In this document: in pieces, positions 20,837-31,400 of the stretch
How the letters are laid out: each line of letters opens with the position of its first letter
How positions within the stretch are numbered: position 1 is the first letter of the stretch
Origin: Acholeplasmataceae bacterium
GTDB lineage: Bacteria; Bacillota_I; Bacilli_A; Acholeplasmatales; Acholeplasmataceae
Direction of reading: 5' to 3'
Length of the DNA: 64,000 nucleotides
Assembly: GCA_963667565.1 (NCBI GenBank)
Contig: OY763415.1
Location: forward strand, 1,152,001-1,216,000
Position numbers and translations under genes: made by a program
Notes under the pieces: model-generated
What the model saw: only the letters and a program-made list of their open reading frames with translations
What the model was told of the DNA's origin: nothing
Database searches by the model: none

Positions 20837-21947
20837 AATCTTCTAATGGAAGTAAAACTTTTTCACTTTCTGGATCGAAGAAATGAACTTTATTCATATC
20901 AAATGTTAACTTCATCTTATCGCCAATTCTAACGCCTGCTCTAGCGTTAATAACAGCACAGATATTATCATCATTAACATGTGTATAAATATTTGTTTCT
21001 GAACCTAATAATTCAGCAACATCAACTTCAATATCTAATACAGATTCAGGATAAGTTTCCATAACGACTTTGTTATCATGAATATCTTCAGGACGGATAC
21101 CTAAAACAATTCTCTTTCCAACAAATTTGTTAGCTTTAACAATTGATAGTTTATCTTCAGGAACTTTAATCTTATAGTCACCTGCTACAAAGTAACCATC
21201 TTTTTCAACTTGACCACGGATGAAGTTCATTGGAGGTGTACCAATGAAACCAGCAACGAACATATTATCTGGATTATCATAGATTTCTTTTGGAGATCCT
21301 ACTTGCATAATATATCCATCTTTCATAACAACGATTCTAGTTGCCATTGTCATCGCTTCAATTTGGTCATGTGTTACATAAATCATTGTAGTTGCTAATG
21401 TATTATGAAGTTTAATTAACTCACCGCGCATTTGAACACGTAATTTAGCATCTAAGTTTGAAAGTGGTTCATCTAGTAAGAATACTTTTGCATCACGAAC
21501 GATTGCACGACCTAATGCAACACGTTGTCTTTGTCCACCTGATAAAGCTTTAGGTTTACGACTTAAATAAGGTGTTAATCCTAAAATTTCAGCAGCATGT
21601 TGAACTTTTTCATTGATTACATCTTTTGGCATTTTACGTAACTTAAGACCAAAAGCCATGTTATCATATACAGTCATATGTGGATATAACGCATATGATT
21701 GGAAAACCATCGCGATATTTCTATCTTTTGGAGCTTTATCATTAACGAGTTCTTCATCAATGTATAATTCTCCTGCAGAAATTTCTTCTAGACCTGCAAT
21801 CATTCTAAGTGTTGTAGATTTTCCACAACCAGAAGGTCCTACGAATACAATAAATTCTTTGTCTTCAATCTTTAAATTGAAATCAAAAACAGCTTGTACG
21901 CCATTTGGGTAAATCTTGTTAATATCTTTTAAATGTAAAGTTGCCAT
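20835..21947 (-). CDS. msmX: Multiple-sugar ABC transporter ATPase (MsmX/MalK)
   Basis: GPSGCGKST, LSGGQRQR, DEPLSNLD, C-terminal TOBE domain. Confidence 0.92.
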   Translation of the reverse strand: MATLHLKDINKIYPNGVQAVFDFNLKIEDKEFIVFVGPSGCGKSTTLRMIAGLEEISAGELYIDEELVNDKAPKDRNIAMVFQSYALYPHMTVYDNMAFGLKLRKMPKDVINEKVQHAAEILGLTPYLSRKPKALSGGQRQRVALGRAIVRDAKVFLLDEPLSNLDAKLRVQMRGELIKLHNTLATTMIYVTHDQIEAMTMATRIVVMKDGYIMQVGSPKEIYDNPDNMFVAGFIGTPPMNFIRGQVEKDGYFVAGDYKIKVPEDKLSIVKANKFVGKRIVLGIRPEDIHDNKVVMETYPESVLDIEVDVAELLGSETNIYTHVNDDNICAVINARAGVRIGDKMKLTFDMNKVHFFDPESEKVLLPLED

Positions 21948-22030
21948 CTTTAATATCCTTTCATGTTTCTTTATCACACTTATTGTAACAATTTTATGTG
22001 CAAAAAAAAATGTGCACATTGCACACTTTT

Positions 22031-22609
22031 TTAATGTGTTAACATATAATAAATCACATAACCTTCAACGAATTTCTTAATATCAAAACCTGTAACTGTA
22101 ATGAACTTATCAATTCGCTGAATGAGTGTATTTCTGTGGATATATAATTTTTTAGCTGCTTCACTCATGTTTTGATTTGATTCTAAGTAGACTTTGATGG
22201 TTTGTTTCATATCTTCGTTATTTACATACGCTCTTAAGAAAAAAGCATATGCTGTTTTATCAATTTTAGTCAGTAAATATTTTAAAACCAAAACATCATT
22301 TAAATACACAAATTGGTTAAAAGGTATCTTTGATATCAAATGTTTTATAAAATGTGCATGTTTATAAAGTAATTCTATATCTGTAAAAGGGTATGCTTCA
22401 TAAAGTCTATAATCAACAAAAGTTTCAGTTGATAAGTTTAAAATAATTTCATTAAATGAGATTTCAACAGGCGCATCAAAAACAATCACTAAACTTTGAT
22501 CAATGATCTTAATCTCTTTGATTTCCATGAATTCTTTTAACATGTCAATCACCATAGATTTAGTTGTATCTAATGCTTGTTTTGACTCAATTAATAAATA
22601 ATTTAACAT
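22031..22609 (-). CDS. PucR/CdaR-type C-terminal HTH regulator
   Basis: NMSEAAKKLYIHRNTL..RIDK. Confidence 0.85.
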   Translation of the reverse strand: MLNYLLIESKQALDTTKSMVIDMLKEFMEIKEIKIIDQSLVIVFDAPVEISFNEIILNLSTETFVDYRLYEAYPFTDIELLYKHAHFIKHLISKIPFNQFVYLNDVLVLKYLLTKIDKTAYAFFLRAYVNNEDMKQTIKVYLESNQNMSEAAKKLYIHRNTLIQRIDKFITVTGFDIKKFVEGYVIYYMLTH

Positions 22610-22619
22610 GGTTATTTCC

Positions 22620-23336
22620 TTATATATATTGGTTTATAAATGCTATGATCGCTTGACTAGGTATCACGATATAAGCTTGATCAATATATGCTCTCATACC
22701 AATGAGTTGAAGATTAATGTCATAAATAGATGATCCGACACTTTCACTACTTGTTTCTATATCAACTTTTAATAATGTGTCATCATCATAACCTTGAAAA
22801 ATACCAAGTGATATATGATTGAGTATATCATAAGTTGCAGATATACTTGATACGACTTCATTTTGAAGTGGTTGATAAGAAGCATATGTAACAGCTTTTA
22901 AATCATCTGTGTTACTAGATGCAAACTTTAATAACGCCAAATGATTAGTCTCACTTAATGCAACAACTGAAGCATTTTCAACTCTATTTTTATAATCATG
23001 AATATGAATATACAAATGCATTGGATTGATAAATGCATCACTTTGAGATATGACATAGACATAAGGATTGTCAATATGCACAATCACACCTGATAAAGTT
23101 GTATTGACTAAATTGTTTGTTACATCTATTTTAACATTCTCATTTGCATGTTCTAATTCAAGTGCATTTAGATATTCTATGAAATTAGATTCAGTTGAGA
23201 AATCTTGGCCTAAATATAAATTAAATTGGTCTTGTAAATCAAGATATTCTTGTGAAGGCGCTTGATATGTTAATATCTGCAATCCTGCGATCCCCATGAC
23301 GATAAATATAATCAAAACGACTAGAGGTCTTTTCAT
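22620..23336 (-). CDS. Trypsin-like (S1C) fold membrane protein, catalytically degenerate
   Basis: SGVIV, LALLK and GSSIYD..LQLIG align to the adjacent protease but lack the triad. Confidence 0.65.
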   Translation of the reverse strand: MKRPLVVLIIFIVMGIAGLQILTYQAPSQEYLDLQDQFNLYLGQDFSTESNFIEYLNALELEHANENVKIDVTNNLVNTTLSGVIVHIDNPYVYVISQSDAFINPMHLYIHIHDYKNRVENASVVALSETNHLALLKFASSNTDDLKAVTYASYQPLQNEVVSSISATYDILNHISLGIFQGYDDDTLLKVDIETSSESVGSSIYDINLQLIGMRAYIDQAYIVIPSQAIIAFINQYI

Positions 23337-24121
23337 GATGATAAACCTCCATATCCTTCACTTAATAAAAATTCAAGAATTTTTTGTGCTGGAATTGCAT
23401 ATGAATGTGTAGATATTGAAGTTGAAGTTTGAAATCTTCCAGCAAAAATAAGTCCGACTAATTTTAAGTCTTCATTTAAAATGGCACTTCCGCTACTACC
23501 TGATTTAACAGGTACTGATGAGACTATCACATTAAATGTTACACGATTCACTAAAGATGTTTGATCATCAACTACGACACGATTTTCTTCTATGAAATAA
23601 CCCATCGTAATCGCATGATTTTGACCATTTGGATATCCAATAACAATGAGACTATCATTTAGCATTATCGTAGATGTATCTATTTCAAAACAAGTTACTT
23701 CAATCGTTTTTGCAATTTTAAGTAGTGCTAAATCATAATTTTCATCTGAAAACATATACGTTGCAGTAACTGATTCATTCAAATAGTTTCTAACAACATA
23801 CTGATTAGCAACAGTTTCATTATAAATAACAACATGGCTATTTGTTAAGACATAATAAAATTGATCATCTTCATCAATGACTGCACCAGAACCTAGGTTT
23901 TGAATGCCATATGTTAAAAAACTTGCTTCAATTGAAACGACTGACTTAACAGCTGTATTTGACAATTGATTAACAAAGTCTATATATGATTGATAATTTT
24001 GTGTTTGTTCATCCACATAAGATTGATAGTCGTCATATAAGCTTTCATATGTTTTTTCACCACATGATGTTAACATAAATCCAATCAATATCATGATGAT
24101 GAATAAATATATTTTTTTCAT
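23333..24121 (-). CDS. Trypsin-like serine protease lipoprotein (S1C, no PDZ)
   Basis: Lipobox LTSC; GSG, LTNSHV, DLALL, GSSGS. Confidence 0.88.
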   Translation of the reverse strand: MKKIYLFIIMILIGFMLTSCGEKTYESLYDDYQSYVDEQTQNYQSYIDFVNQLSNTAVKSVVSIEASFLTYGIQNLGSGAVIDEDDQFYYVLTNSHVVIYNETVANQYVVRNYLNESVTATYMFSDENYDLALLKIAKTIEVTCFEIDTSTIMLNDSLIVIGYPNGQNHAITMGYFIEENRVVVDDQTSLVNRVTFNVIVSSVPVKSGSSGSAILNEDLKLVGLIFAGRFQTSTSISTHSYAIPAQKILEFLLSEGYGGLSS

Positions 24122-24208
24122 TTCATCACCTTATGACTATTTTACCTTTTTTTCAAAAAATAATAAACCTTTTGACACAAAAAAAGGGTATAAATACCCT
24201 TATTGTTA

Positions 24209-25621
24209 TTATCCGATAGAACCTTCCATTTCAAGTTTAATCAATTGATTTAACTCGATCGCATATTCCATAGGTAATTCTTTTGCAAATGGTTCAATAA
24301 AGCCCATAACAATCATTTCTGTTGCTTCTTCTTCACTTAAACCTCTACTCATTAAATAATATAGTTGTTCTTCGCTAATTTTTGAAACTGTCGCTTCATG
24401 TTCTAAGAAGACATCGCTATTTTTAACAACGTTAGTTGGAATGGTATCACTAAATGAAAAATCATCTAATATAATGGTATCACATTCAACGTGTGCTTTT
24501 GCACCTTTAGCTTTTTTACCAAAATCAACTTTACCGCGATAATTTACAGATCCACCACCACGAGAAATTGATTTAGAAATAATGGTTGATGTTGTATTTG
24601 GTGCAACATGAATCATTCTGGCACCAGCATCTTGAATTTGATTTTTTCCGGCAAAAGCAATTGAAATTGTTGTTCCTTTTGCACGTTCACCAAGTAATAC
24701 ACAAGATGGGTATTTCATATTAACACTAGAACCAATATTACCATCTATCCATTCCATATGTCCATTCTCATAAACAAATGCGCGTTTAGTAACTAAGTTA
24801 ATGACATTATCAGACCAGTTTTGAATGGTCGTATAACGACAAGTTGCATCTTTTTTCACAATAATTTCTACAATAGCAGCATGTAAACTGTCTCTTGAAT
24901 ATGTTGGTGCTGTACAACCTTCAACATAATTGACATATGCACCTTCATCAACAATAATAAGTGTTCTTTCAAATTGACCCATTTGATCTGAGTTAATTCT
25001 AAAATAAGATTGTAGTGGTTTTGGTACATGCACACCTTTAGGTACATAAATGAATGAACCTCCACTCCAAACGGCACTATTTAATGCAGCATACTTATTA
25101 TCTGCATATGAAATAACTGTACCAAAATATTCTTTAACAAGTTCTGGGTGTTCACGAAGTGCTGTATCAGTATCAACGTAAATAACACCTAAGTCTTCCA
25201 ATTCTTTCATGGTATTGTGGTAAACAACTTCACTTTCAAATTGAGTGGACACACCTGCTAAATAATTTCTTTCCGCTTCAGGGATACCAAGTTTTTCAAA
25301 TGTATCTCTAATGGATTCAGGTACTTCATCCCAACTTGTTTCTGCTCTTTCTGAAGCTCTTAAAAAGTATGTAAAATCATCAAAATTGATGAAAGATAAA
25401 TCTGGACCCCATGAAGGATTTTTTAAATCTAAAAATTTCTTGTATGCTTTTAAACGGAAATCTAACATCCATTGAGGTTCATTCTTATAAGAACTGATAT
25501 CTTTGACTTTAGTTTCATCAATACCTTTTCCAGTTTGAAGAACTGGTTCAGCTTCAGTTTTAAAACCAAATTTGTAATCACCAACAATGGCGTCTATTTT
25601 CTTTTTATTGTCATCCATCAT
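24209..25621 (-). CDS. sufB: Fe-S cluster assembly protein SufB
   Basis: [25 protein letters not shown]. Confidence 0.97.
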   Translation of the reverse strand: MMDDNKKKIDAIVGDYKFGFKTEAEPVLQTGKGIDETKVKDISSYKNEPQWMLDFRLKAYKKFLDLKNPSWGPDLSFINFDDFTYFLRASERAETSWDEVPESIRDTFEKLGIPEAERNYLAGVSTQFESEVVYHNTMKELEDLGVIYVDTDTALREHPELVKEYFGTVISYADNKYAALNSAVWSGGSFIYVPKGVHVPKPLQSYFRINSDQMGQFERTLIIVDEGAYVNYVEGCTAPTYSRDSLHAAIVEIIVKKDATCRYTTIQNWSDNVINLVTKRAFVYENGHMEWIDGNIGSSVNMKYPSCVLLGERAKGTTISIAFAGKNQIQDAGARMIHVAPNTTSTIISKSISRGGGSVNYRGKVDFGKKAKGAKAHVECDTIILDDFSFSDTIPTNVVKNSDVFLEHEATVSKISEEQLYYLMSRGLSEEEATEMIVMGFIEPFAKELPMEYAIELNQLIKLEMEGSIG

Positions 25622-26064
25622 TTATTTTCTTCCTCCTTTATTTTTTGTATGCCTGTTTCTAAGGCTTTCCAAGCAAGTGTTGCACATTTCACTCTAGCGG
25701 GAAATTGTGACACGCCTTGATATACGATCGCATCCCCTTTTAAAATATCTTGATTAAAAGGATAGCCTTTAATTAATTCATAAAACTCATGTATGATTTT
25801 TTCTGCATCTTCGATTTGATGATCAATGAGCGTTTGGCTCATCACAGATGCACTAGAACAGCAAATAGAACATCCATGTCCATCATGCTTTATATCTGTA
25901 ATGTGATGATGTTCATCAACTTTTAGTTGAACTGTCATTTCATCTCCACAACTTGGATTATTTAAATGAATCGTTACATAAGATGCATCATTGACAAGAC
26001 CTTTGTTTTTAGGTCTTTTATAATGGTCCATAATCACTTGGCGATATAAAGTTTCTAAATTCAT
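25618..26064 (-). CDS. sufU: SUF sulfurtransferase SufU
   Basis: [28 protein letters not shown]. Confidence 0.95.
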   Translation of the reverse strand: MNLETLYRQVIMDHYKRPKNKGLVNDASYVTIHLNNPSCGDEMTVQLKVDEHHHITDIKHDGHGCSICCSSASVMSQTLIDHQIEDAEKIIHEFYELIKGYPFNQDILKGDAIVYQGVSQFPARVKCATLAWKALETGIQKIKEEENK

Positions 26065-26075
26065 ACATTCACTTC

Positions 26076-27281
26076 CTAAAAATTATTAAAAAAATCTCTT
26101 GTTTCACTCACACTTTGGATTAAAATATCACAGTCATGTTCATCATTATATATTTGGAATGAAGCACGTAGGGTTGCACCCATTTCCAATCTATCAGCAA
26201 TTAAATGAGCACAGTGTTTACCTGCTCGAACAGCAACATGATTTTCTGATAAAAATGTTGCGACATCATGTGGATGTACACCATCAATATTGAATGTAAT
26301 GATAGAAACATCTGCTGATTTATTATAAATGGTGATACCATCAAGTTTCTCAAGTTTATCCAAAGTATAATCTCTGAGATGCATGGTGTACTCGTGTATC
26401 GCTTCAAATCCTAAATTTTCGATATATTCAATCGCTTTTTGCAAACCAATTGCTGCACATATCACTGGTGTTCCAGCTTCAAATTTAGTTGGTACTTCTT
26501 GCCATTTAAGTATGTCTTTTGTAATGGTATCTATCATTTCTCCACCAAACTCAATCGGTTCGATTTTGTTCAGCAAATCAAATTTACCAAAAAGTACACC
26601 TACACCAGTAGGTCCAAACATTTTATGACCTGAAAATGCTAAGAAATCGCAATCTAAATCTTTAACATCTATTTTCATATGTGGTGCAGCTTGTGCAGCA
26701 TCAACAATGACGATAGCACCTTTTTCATGAGCTAATTTGATAATTTCTTTAAGTGGTGTTACATAACCCATCACATTTGATACATAAGTTATAGCAACCA
26801 CTTTAACGTCATCTGTTAAGATTTTTTTAAAGTTTTCAACAGTAACTCTTCCTTCATCTGTTAAAGGTATATAATCTAACCTTGCACCTGTTTTTCTAGA
26901 TGCCATCATCCATGGGATGAGTGATGAGTGATGTTCTAGTTCGGTTGTTATGATTTGATCTTTCGATGTAAGAAACGTTTGATATGAACTTGCAATTAAA
27001 TTAAGTGCTGAGGTTGTTCCTCTTGTAAATATCACTTCATTGATTTGAGCGTTGATAAAAGAAGCAATCTTTGCTCTAGAATCTTCATATAATTTTGTTG
27101 TTTCTTGTGATAAATCATAAGCCCCACGATGGACATTTGTACCTAAATGATTATAGTAATAATCTACAAGTTCAATGACATCTTTTACTTTTAAACTTGA
27201 GGCAGCCGAATCTAAATAAATTTCTTTTGGATGATTGACCAAAATAGGAAAATCATTCTTAATTTTTTTAACATCAATCAT
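26076..27281 (-). CDS. sufS: Cysteine desulfurase SufS
   Basis: YLDSAA, SGHKMFGP, RAGKHCA. Confidence 0.96.
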   Translation of the reverse strand: MIDVKKIKNDFPILVNHPKEIYLDSAASSLKVKDVIELVDYYYNHLGTNVHRGAYDLSQETTKLYEDSRAKIASFINAQINEVIFTRGTTSALNLIASSYQTFLTSKDQIITTELEHHSSLIPWMMASRKTGARLDYIPLTDEGRVTVENFKKILTDDVKVVAITYVSNVMGYVTPLKEIIKLAHEKGAIVIVDAAQAAPHMKIDVKDLDCDFLAFSGHKMFGPTGVGVLFGKFDLLNKIEPIEFGGEMIDTITKDILKWQEVPTKFEAGTPVICAAIGLQKAIEYIENLGFEAIHEYTMHLRDYTLDKLEKLDGITIYNKSADVSIITFNIDGVHPHDVATFLSENHVAVRAGKHCAHLIADRLEMGATLRASFQIYNDEHDCDILIQSVSETRDFFNNF

Positions 27282-28153
27282 ATTCTTGAATTAACGAGTG
27301 TGACAAATCTTTCTTTTAAAGGTTCATCATCAATTTCATCTATAATTGGTTTTAAGAATCCATTAACAATGAGTTTTTCAGCTTCAGATTTTGTTAATCC
27401 TCTGCTTTGTAAATAATAAAGTTGATCTTCTTCTAATTTACCAATGGTTGCCCCATGGCCAGCTTTAACATCAAATTCATCAATAAGTAATATTGGATTG
27501 ACTTCAACAACTGCTGTGTCAGAAGTAATAATGCCTTTTAAAGTTTGAAATGCGTTTGCTCGTTTCATACCTTTCTCAATTTTTTCAACACCGTTCAATA
27601 TAATTTTACCATTTTTATTGGCAATTCCTATATTGGTCATGTCACCAAATGTATCTGGTGCCTTATGAACGATTAATACGTCTATATTTTGAATGTTTTG
27701 ATCTGATGAAACAGCAACGGCTCTCATTTTTACTTCAGCACCTTGACCAACTAAGTCAACATGCATTTTAGCATTAATAACGTCACTAACAAATCCACCA
27801 ACTAAATCCATTTTAGCATCTCTTTCAACCGTAAAGTAATGCTCTAATAATGCATCTTTACTATTCAGTTCAGCAACCAATAAATATTTAACTTGGCTAT
27901 TTTGTTTTGCGACTAAATTTAATTTATAATTATTTTTGGTTAAATCACGACTCGCGATTTCTAAAATAATTTTAATACTTGAATTTTCTGAGACAATAAT
28001 ATTTAATGATTCGTTATTATCATCTTCAATTGTGACTTTTATAGGTTCATCGATAATTTGGTTTTTTGGAATGATAAGTGATTGTTTTTCAAATACAAAT
28101 CCTTCAGGTAAAACAGATTTGACTTGATGGTCTTTAATCGTGATTTGATTCAT
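27278..28153 (-). CDS. sufD: SufD family protein
   Basis: NPILLIDEFDVKAGHGATIG, YYLQSRG. Confidence 0.9.
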   Translation of the reverse strand: MNQITIKDHQVKSVLPEGFVFEKQSLIIPKNQIIDEPIKVTIEDDNNESLNIIVSENSSIKIILEIASRDLTKNNYKLNLVAKQNSQVKYLLVAELNSKDALLEHYFTVERDAKMDLVGGFVSDVINAKMHVDLVGQGAEVKMRAVAVSSDQNIQNIDVLIVHKAPDTFGDMTNIGIANKNGKIILNGVEKIEKGMKRANAFQTLKGIITSDTAVVEVNPILLIDEFDVKAGHGATIGKLEEDQLYYLQSRGLTKSEAEKLIVNGFLKPIIDEIDDEPLKERFVTLVNSRI

Positions 28154-28923
28154 TATTGATCTTCGCCTTCGCTAAATTCAATCCCTAACTCTTCACGAAT
28201 CCATTCATAACCGTTTTTATCAATTTTAGCAATAAGCTCTTGTCCGCCACTTAATACAATTTTCCCATCAATCATGATGTGTACGTTAGTTGGTTTAATA
28301 TGATCTAAAATTCTTTGGTAATGTGTAATTAAAATACAACCAAATTGATCACTAACCATGTCATTAACGTTTTCACCAACAATTTTTAAAGCATCAACAT
28401 CTAATCCTGAATCGATTTCATCTAAAATTGCGAATTTAGGCTTTAATACTTTAAGTTGAAGTATTTCATTTCTTTTTCTTTCCCCGCCACTAAAACCTTC
28501 ATTTAAATAGCGATGTGCTAAGTCTGGACGCATTTTAAGTTCTTCAACTTTCTTTTCGTAGTCCATTGCGAACTGAATAAGTCCAACTTCTTTTCCTGAG
28601 GTAGCAGCAAGTGCTTGTCTCATGAAATCTGAGTTTGTTACACCTGGAACTTCAGCTGGATATTGCATCGCTAAAAAGAGTCCAGCGCGTGCTCTCTCAT
28701 CAACTTCAAGCTCAAGTAAATTTTGTCCGTCTAAGAATGCTTCACCTTGAGTGACTTCATACTTAGGATGACCCATAAGTGCGCTCGCTAATGTCGATTT
28801 ACCAGTTCCATTAGGTCCCATAATCGCATGCACTTCACCTGAATTAACAGTTAGATTTACCCCTTTTAATATTTGTTTTCCTTCAATTTCTACATGAAGG
28901 TTATTAATCTCTAATTTTGCCAT
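28153..28923 (-). CDS. sufC: Fe-S assembly ATPase SufC
   Basis: GPNGTGKST, GFSGGE, DSGLDVDAL; ATG after GGAGG. Confidence 0.96.
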   Translation of the reverse strand: MAKLEINNLHVEIEGKQILKGVNLTVNSGEVHAIMGPNGTGKSTLASALMGHPKYEVTQGEAFLDGQNLLELEVDERARAGLFLAMQYPAEVPGVTNSDFMRQALAATSGKEVGLIQFAMDYEKKVEELKMRPDLAHRYLNEGFSGGERKRNEILQLKVLKPKFAILDEIDSGLDVDALKIVGENVNDMVSDQFGCILITHYQRILDHIKPTNVHIMIDGKIVLSGGQELIAKIDKNGYEWIREELGIEFSEGEDQ

Positions 28924-29009
28924 ATAGACCTCCTTAAAATTACCATCATTATTATATAATAATTGTTTGTTGATTACCAATGATATACTAATTTAAACAT
29001 GAATAAAAT

Positions 29010-29067
29010 AGTAAACGTTTTCAATTTCATACAAATCAATTTTTATGAAAATAGGGAAACGTTTTCA
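29010..29067. promoter_or_regulatory. Two cre-like (CcpA) sites
   Basis: Minus-strand TGAAAACGTTTACT (29010-29023) and TGAAAACGTTTCCC (29054-29067). Confidence 0.6.
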
Positions 29068-29122
29068 ATGAAAAAATGATGTAAATTTACATTTACTTTC
29101 ATTTATTTATGTATAATATAAG

Positions 29123-29288
29123 TGTAGTTGCAATCCTTTTTATATATGTTGCATAAACTACAAAATGTATTTTTCTCCCAAAAAAACATTTCGCGCTAAC
29201 CCCGCGTAAGATACTTAGCTCGCCATCCTTAAGTATCTTTAAAAAAAGGTTACTCCCTTAAAGTGGACCTCAAAGAGGTCCTTTTTTT
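29123..29288 (+). ncRNA. Candidate small RNA with several C-rich loops
   Basis: TATAAT at 29112-29117, consecutive hairpins, plus-strand terminator GGACCTC-AAA-GAGGTCC-T7, no ORF with an RBS. Confidence 0.65.
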
Positions 29289-29292
29289 ATGC

Positions 29293-31383
29293 TTAATTTA
29301 CAAAAACGACCTCTACACCATAACTATTCCAACTTGAATCCCATGATGCAGGAATTTGGTCCATCATCAAATAGATGGTTAATGCATCATTTCTAAAAAA
29401 CACATTATAACCTACATAAGTTACATTTGAATAAACAGTTACTTCTTCTAATGTATCACATAAAGCAAATGCTAAATCGTAAATGGATTCTAAGCTTTCT
29501 GGTAAATTAATGGTTGTAAGTGATCCACAGTCATAGAATGCATATCCAGAAATTGAGATAAGTCCTTCATTTAAATGAACTGATGTAAGTGTATTGATAT
29601 GATAAAACGCACCTTCACCAATGGTTTTTACACTTCCGGGTATATTTATCGATGATATTTTTGTTTCTCTAAATGCATAATCACCGATATATGTAGGATT
29701 TAAAGGTAGCGTAACAGATTCTAAATTTGAAGCACCATCTAAGACATAATGACTAACATGCGATAGCGTTTCTGGAAAAACAAACGATGTTAAACCAACA
29801 CAGTTTTGAAATGCTTTCTCACCAATATAAGTCACTGAATTTGGAATAACGATAGAAGTCATTGCTTCACAATCCATAAATGCACCATTACCTATTTGAG
29901 TAAGTCCTTCATTTAAATCAATAGATTCTAATAAAGCTGCACCACCAAAACTAAAATCGCCAATGGTTAAAATTTGGCTTGTAAAATAAACATGTGTTAA
30001 ACTTCTAGAATTATAGAACATGTAATCGGGAATATTTGAAATATCACCTAATGTAATGGATTCTAAATGTGTCGTTTCTCTAAAAACACCATCACCGTAA
30101 GATGTGACTAAATCGATATTTCCAATGGATTCAATACGGCTATTATAAAACGCTTCATCGCCAATAGATGTCATACCTGAGGGTAGATCTACATGTGATA
30201 AGCTTAGTGTGCCTAAAAATGTTTGTGCAGGTAAATGTGTGATTTGAGATGGTAATTTAACATCTGTTAAATACATATCATTAGAAAACACACTTAAACC
30301 CATATACGTCACAGAATCTGGAATATCAATCGTTTCAAGATTTTGCATATTTGAAAATGCGCGTGACCCAATTGAAACAAGTGTATCAGGTAAATCAAAT
30401 GAAGAGATTGCTGTATATGAAAATGCGCCATAACCAATACTTCTTAAGTGACTTGGTAATTCAATATTTTCTAAACTTTGATTTCCATAAAAAAGTTGCG
30501 TTGGTATATCAATTAATGTGCTTGGTATATTAATCGATGTTAAATATGGATTATATGCAAACACTGCAGTATCTAATTGTATATCATCAGGTAATACAAC
30601 AGATTCTAAAGCTGTATTATAAAAAGCACGTGAACCTATATACTTGACATTATCACCAACAACAAGTGTTTTTATGGGTTCTCCAGCAAAAGCTTCACTA
30701 CCAATGGAGACCACTAATTTATTGTTAATACGTGTTGGAATAGTAACATCAACATCAGTTGATCGATAACTCACAATTTCAACACCACCATCGACATCGA
30801 CGACTCCAAATTTTTTATCAGGTGTGTCAATCCCAAATGAGACTAAAGAAAACACAAGTAAAACAACACCATATCCAAAAACAATCACATTCATTCTTTC
30901 TTTATCAACAATAAATGATACTAAACCAATAAATGTAATTAATATAGATAAAACTAATAAAACTGTAACAGGCATCCAAGTGACACCATATAGATAGGGT
31001 GAGATCGCACCTGCAGGTACTAAGAAAATATAGGCAAACAATAATAAAGCTAAATTGATTTTATAAGCTTTTCCTATTTTATACCAATAAAGTTTATAGT
31101 TAGATGTTGTGATTGCTCCAATCGTAAAACCTGAAAATAAAAGTCCTACCCATGATTGTTTCGTCACGATGACTGAGATTAAAGAAATGACTACAAACAC
31201 AACCATCCAAACCATTGATTTCTTATTTAAGTGAAAAAAGCGCATTTTTTTTACTGCGCGTTCATCGTTATTTTTTGCTGCTATTTTATATATCGCTAAT
31301 GCTTTATGATAATTTTTAGCATATTCATATTTTAAGCCTTGTCTAAAATCGGCTTCTTGATTTTCCAATTGTTCCTCTTGCAT
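29293..31383 (-). CDS. BspA-type leucine-rich repeat protein with N-terminal multi-TM domain
   Basis: Repeats such as LTSIVIPNSVTYIGEKAFQNC; 5 hydrophobic segments; ATG after GGAGGT. Confidence 0.88.
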   Translation of the reverse strand: MQEEQLENQEADFRQGLKYEYAKNYHKALAIYKIAAKNNDERAVKKMRFFHLNKKSMVWMVVFVVISLISVIVTKQSWVGLLFSGFTIGAITTSNYKLYWYKIGKAYKINLALLLFAYIFLVPAGAISPYLYGVTWMPVTVLLVLSILITFIGLVSFIVDKERMNVIVFGYGVVLLVFSLVSFGIDTPDKKFGVVDVDGGVEIVSYRSTDVDVTIPTRINNKLVVSIGSEAFAGEPIKTLVVGDNVKYIGSRAFYNTALESVVLPDDIQLDTAVFAYNPYLTSINIPSTLIDIPTQLFYGNQSLENIELPSHLRSIGYGAFSYTAISSFDLPDTLVSIGSRAFSNMQNLETIDIPDSVTYMGLSVFSNDMYLTDVKLPSQITHLPAQTFLGTLSLSHVDLPSGMTSIGDEAFYNSRIESIGNIDLVTSYGDGVFRETTHLESITLGDISNIPDYMFYNSRSLTHVYFTSQILTIGDFSFGGAALLESIDLNEGLTQIGNGAFMDCEAMTSIVIPNSVTYIGEKAFQNCVGLTSFVFPETLSHVSHYVLDGASNLESVTLPLNPTYIGDYAFRETKISSINIPGSVKTIGEGAFYHINTLTSVHLNEGLISISGYAFYDCGSLTTINLPESLESIYDLAFALCDTLEEVTVYSNVTYVGYNVFFRNDALTIYLMMDQIPASWDSSWNSYGVEVVFVN

Positions 31384-31400
31384 ATGATTGATACCTCCCA

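Noticed and set aside
28948..28963. Palindrome ATTATTATATAATAAT upstream of sufC (Fur/PerR-like)
   Set aside because: Pure A/T, overlaps the -10 region, and is likely by chance at this base composition
29400..30700. Periodic DNA similarity resembling an array
   Set aside because: Explained by LRR protein repeats; no CRISPR repeats or cas genes
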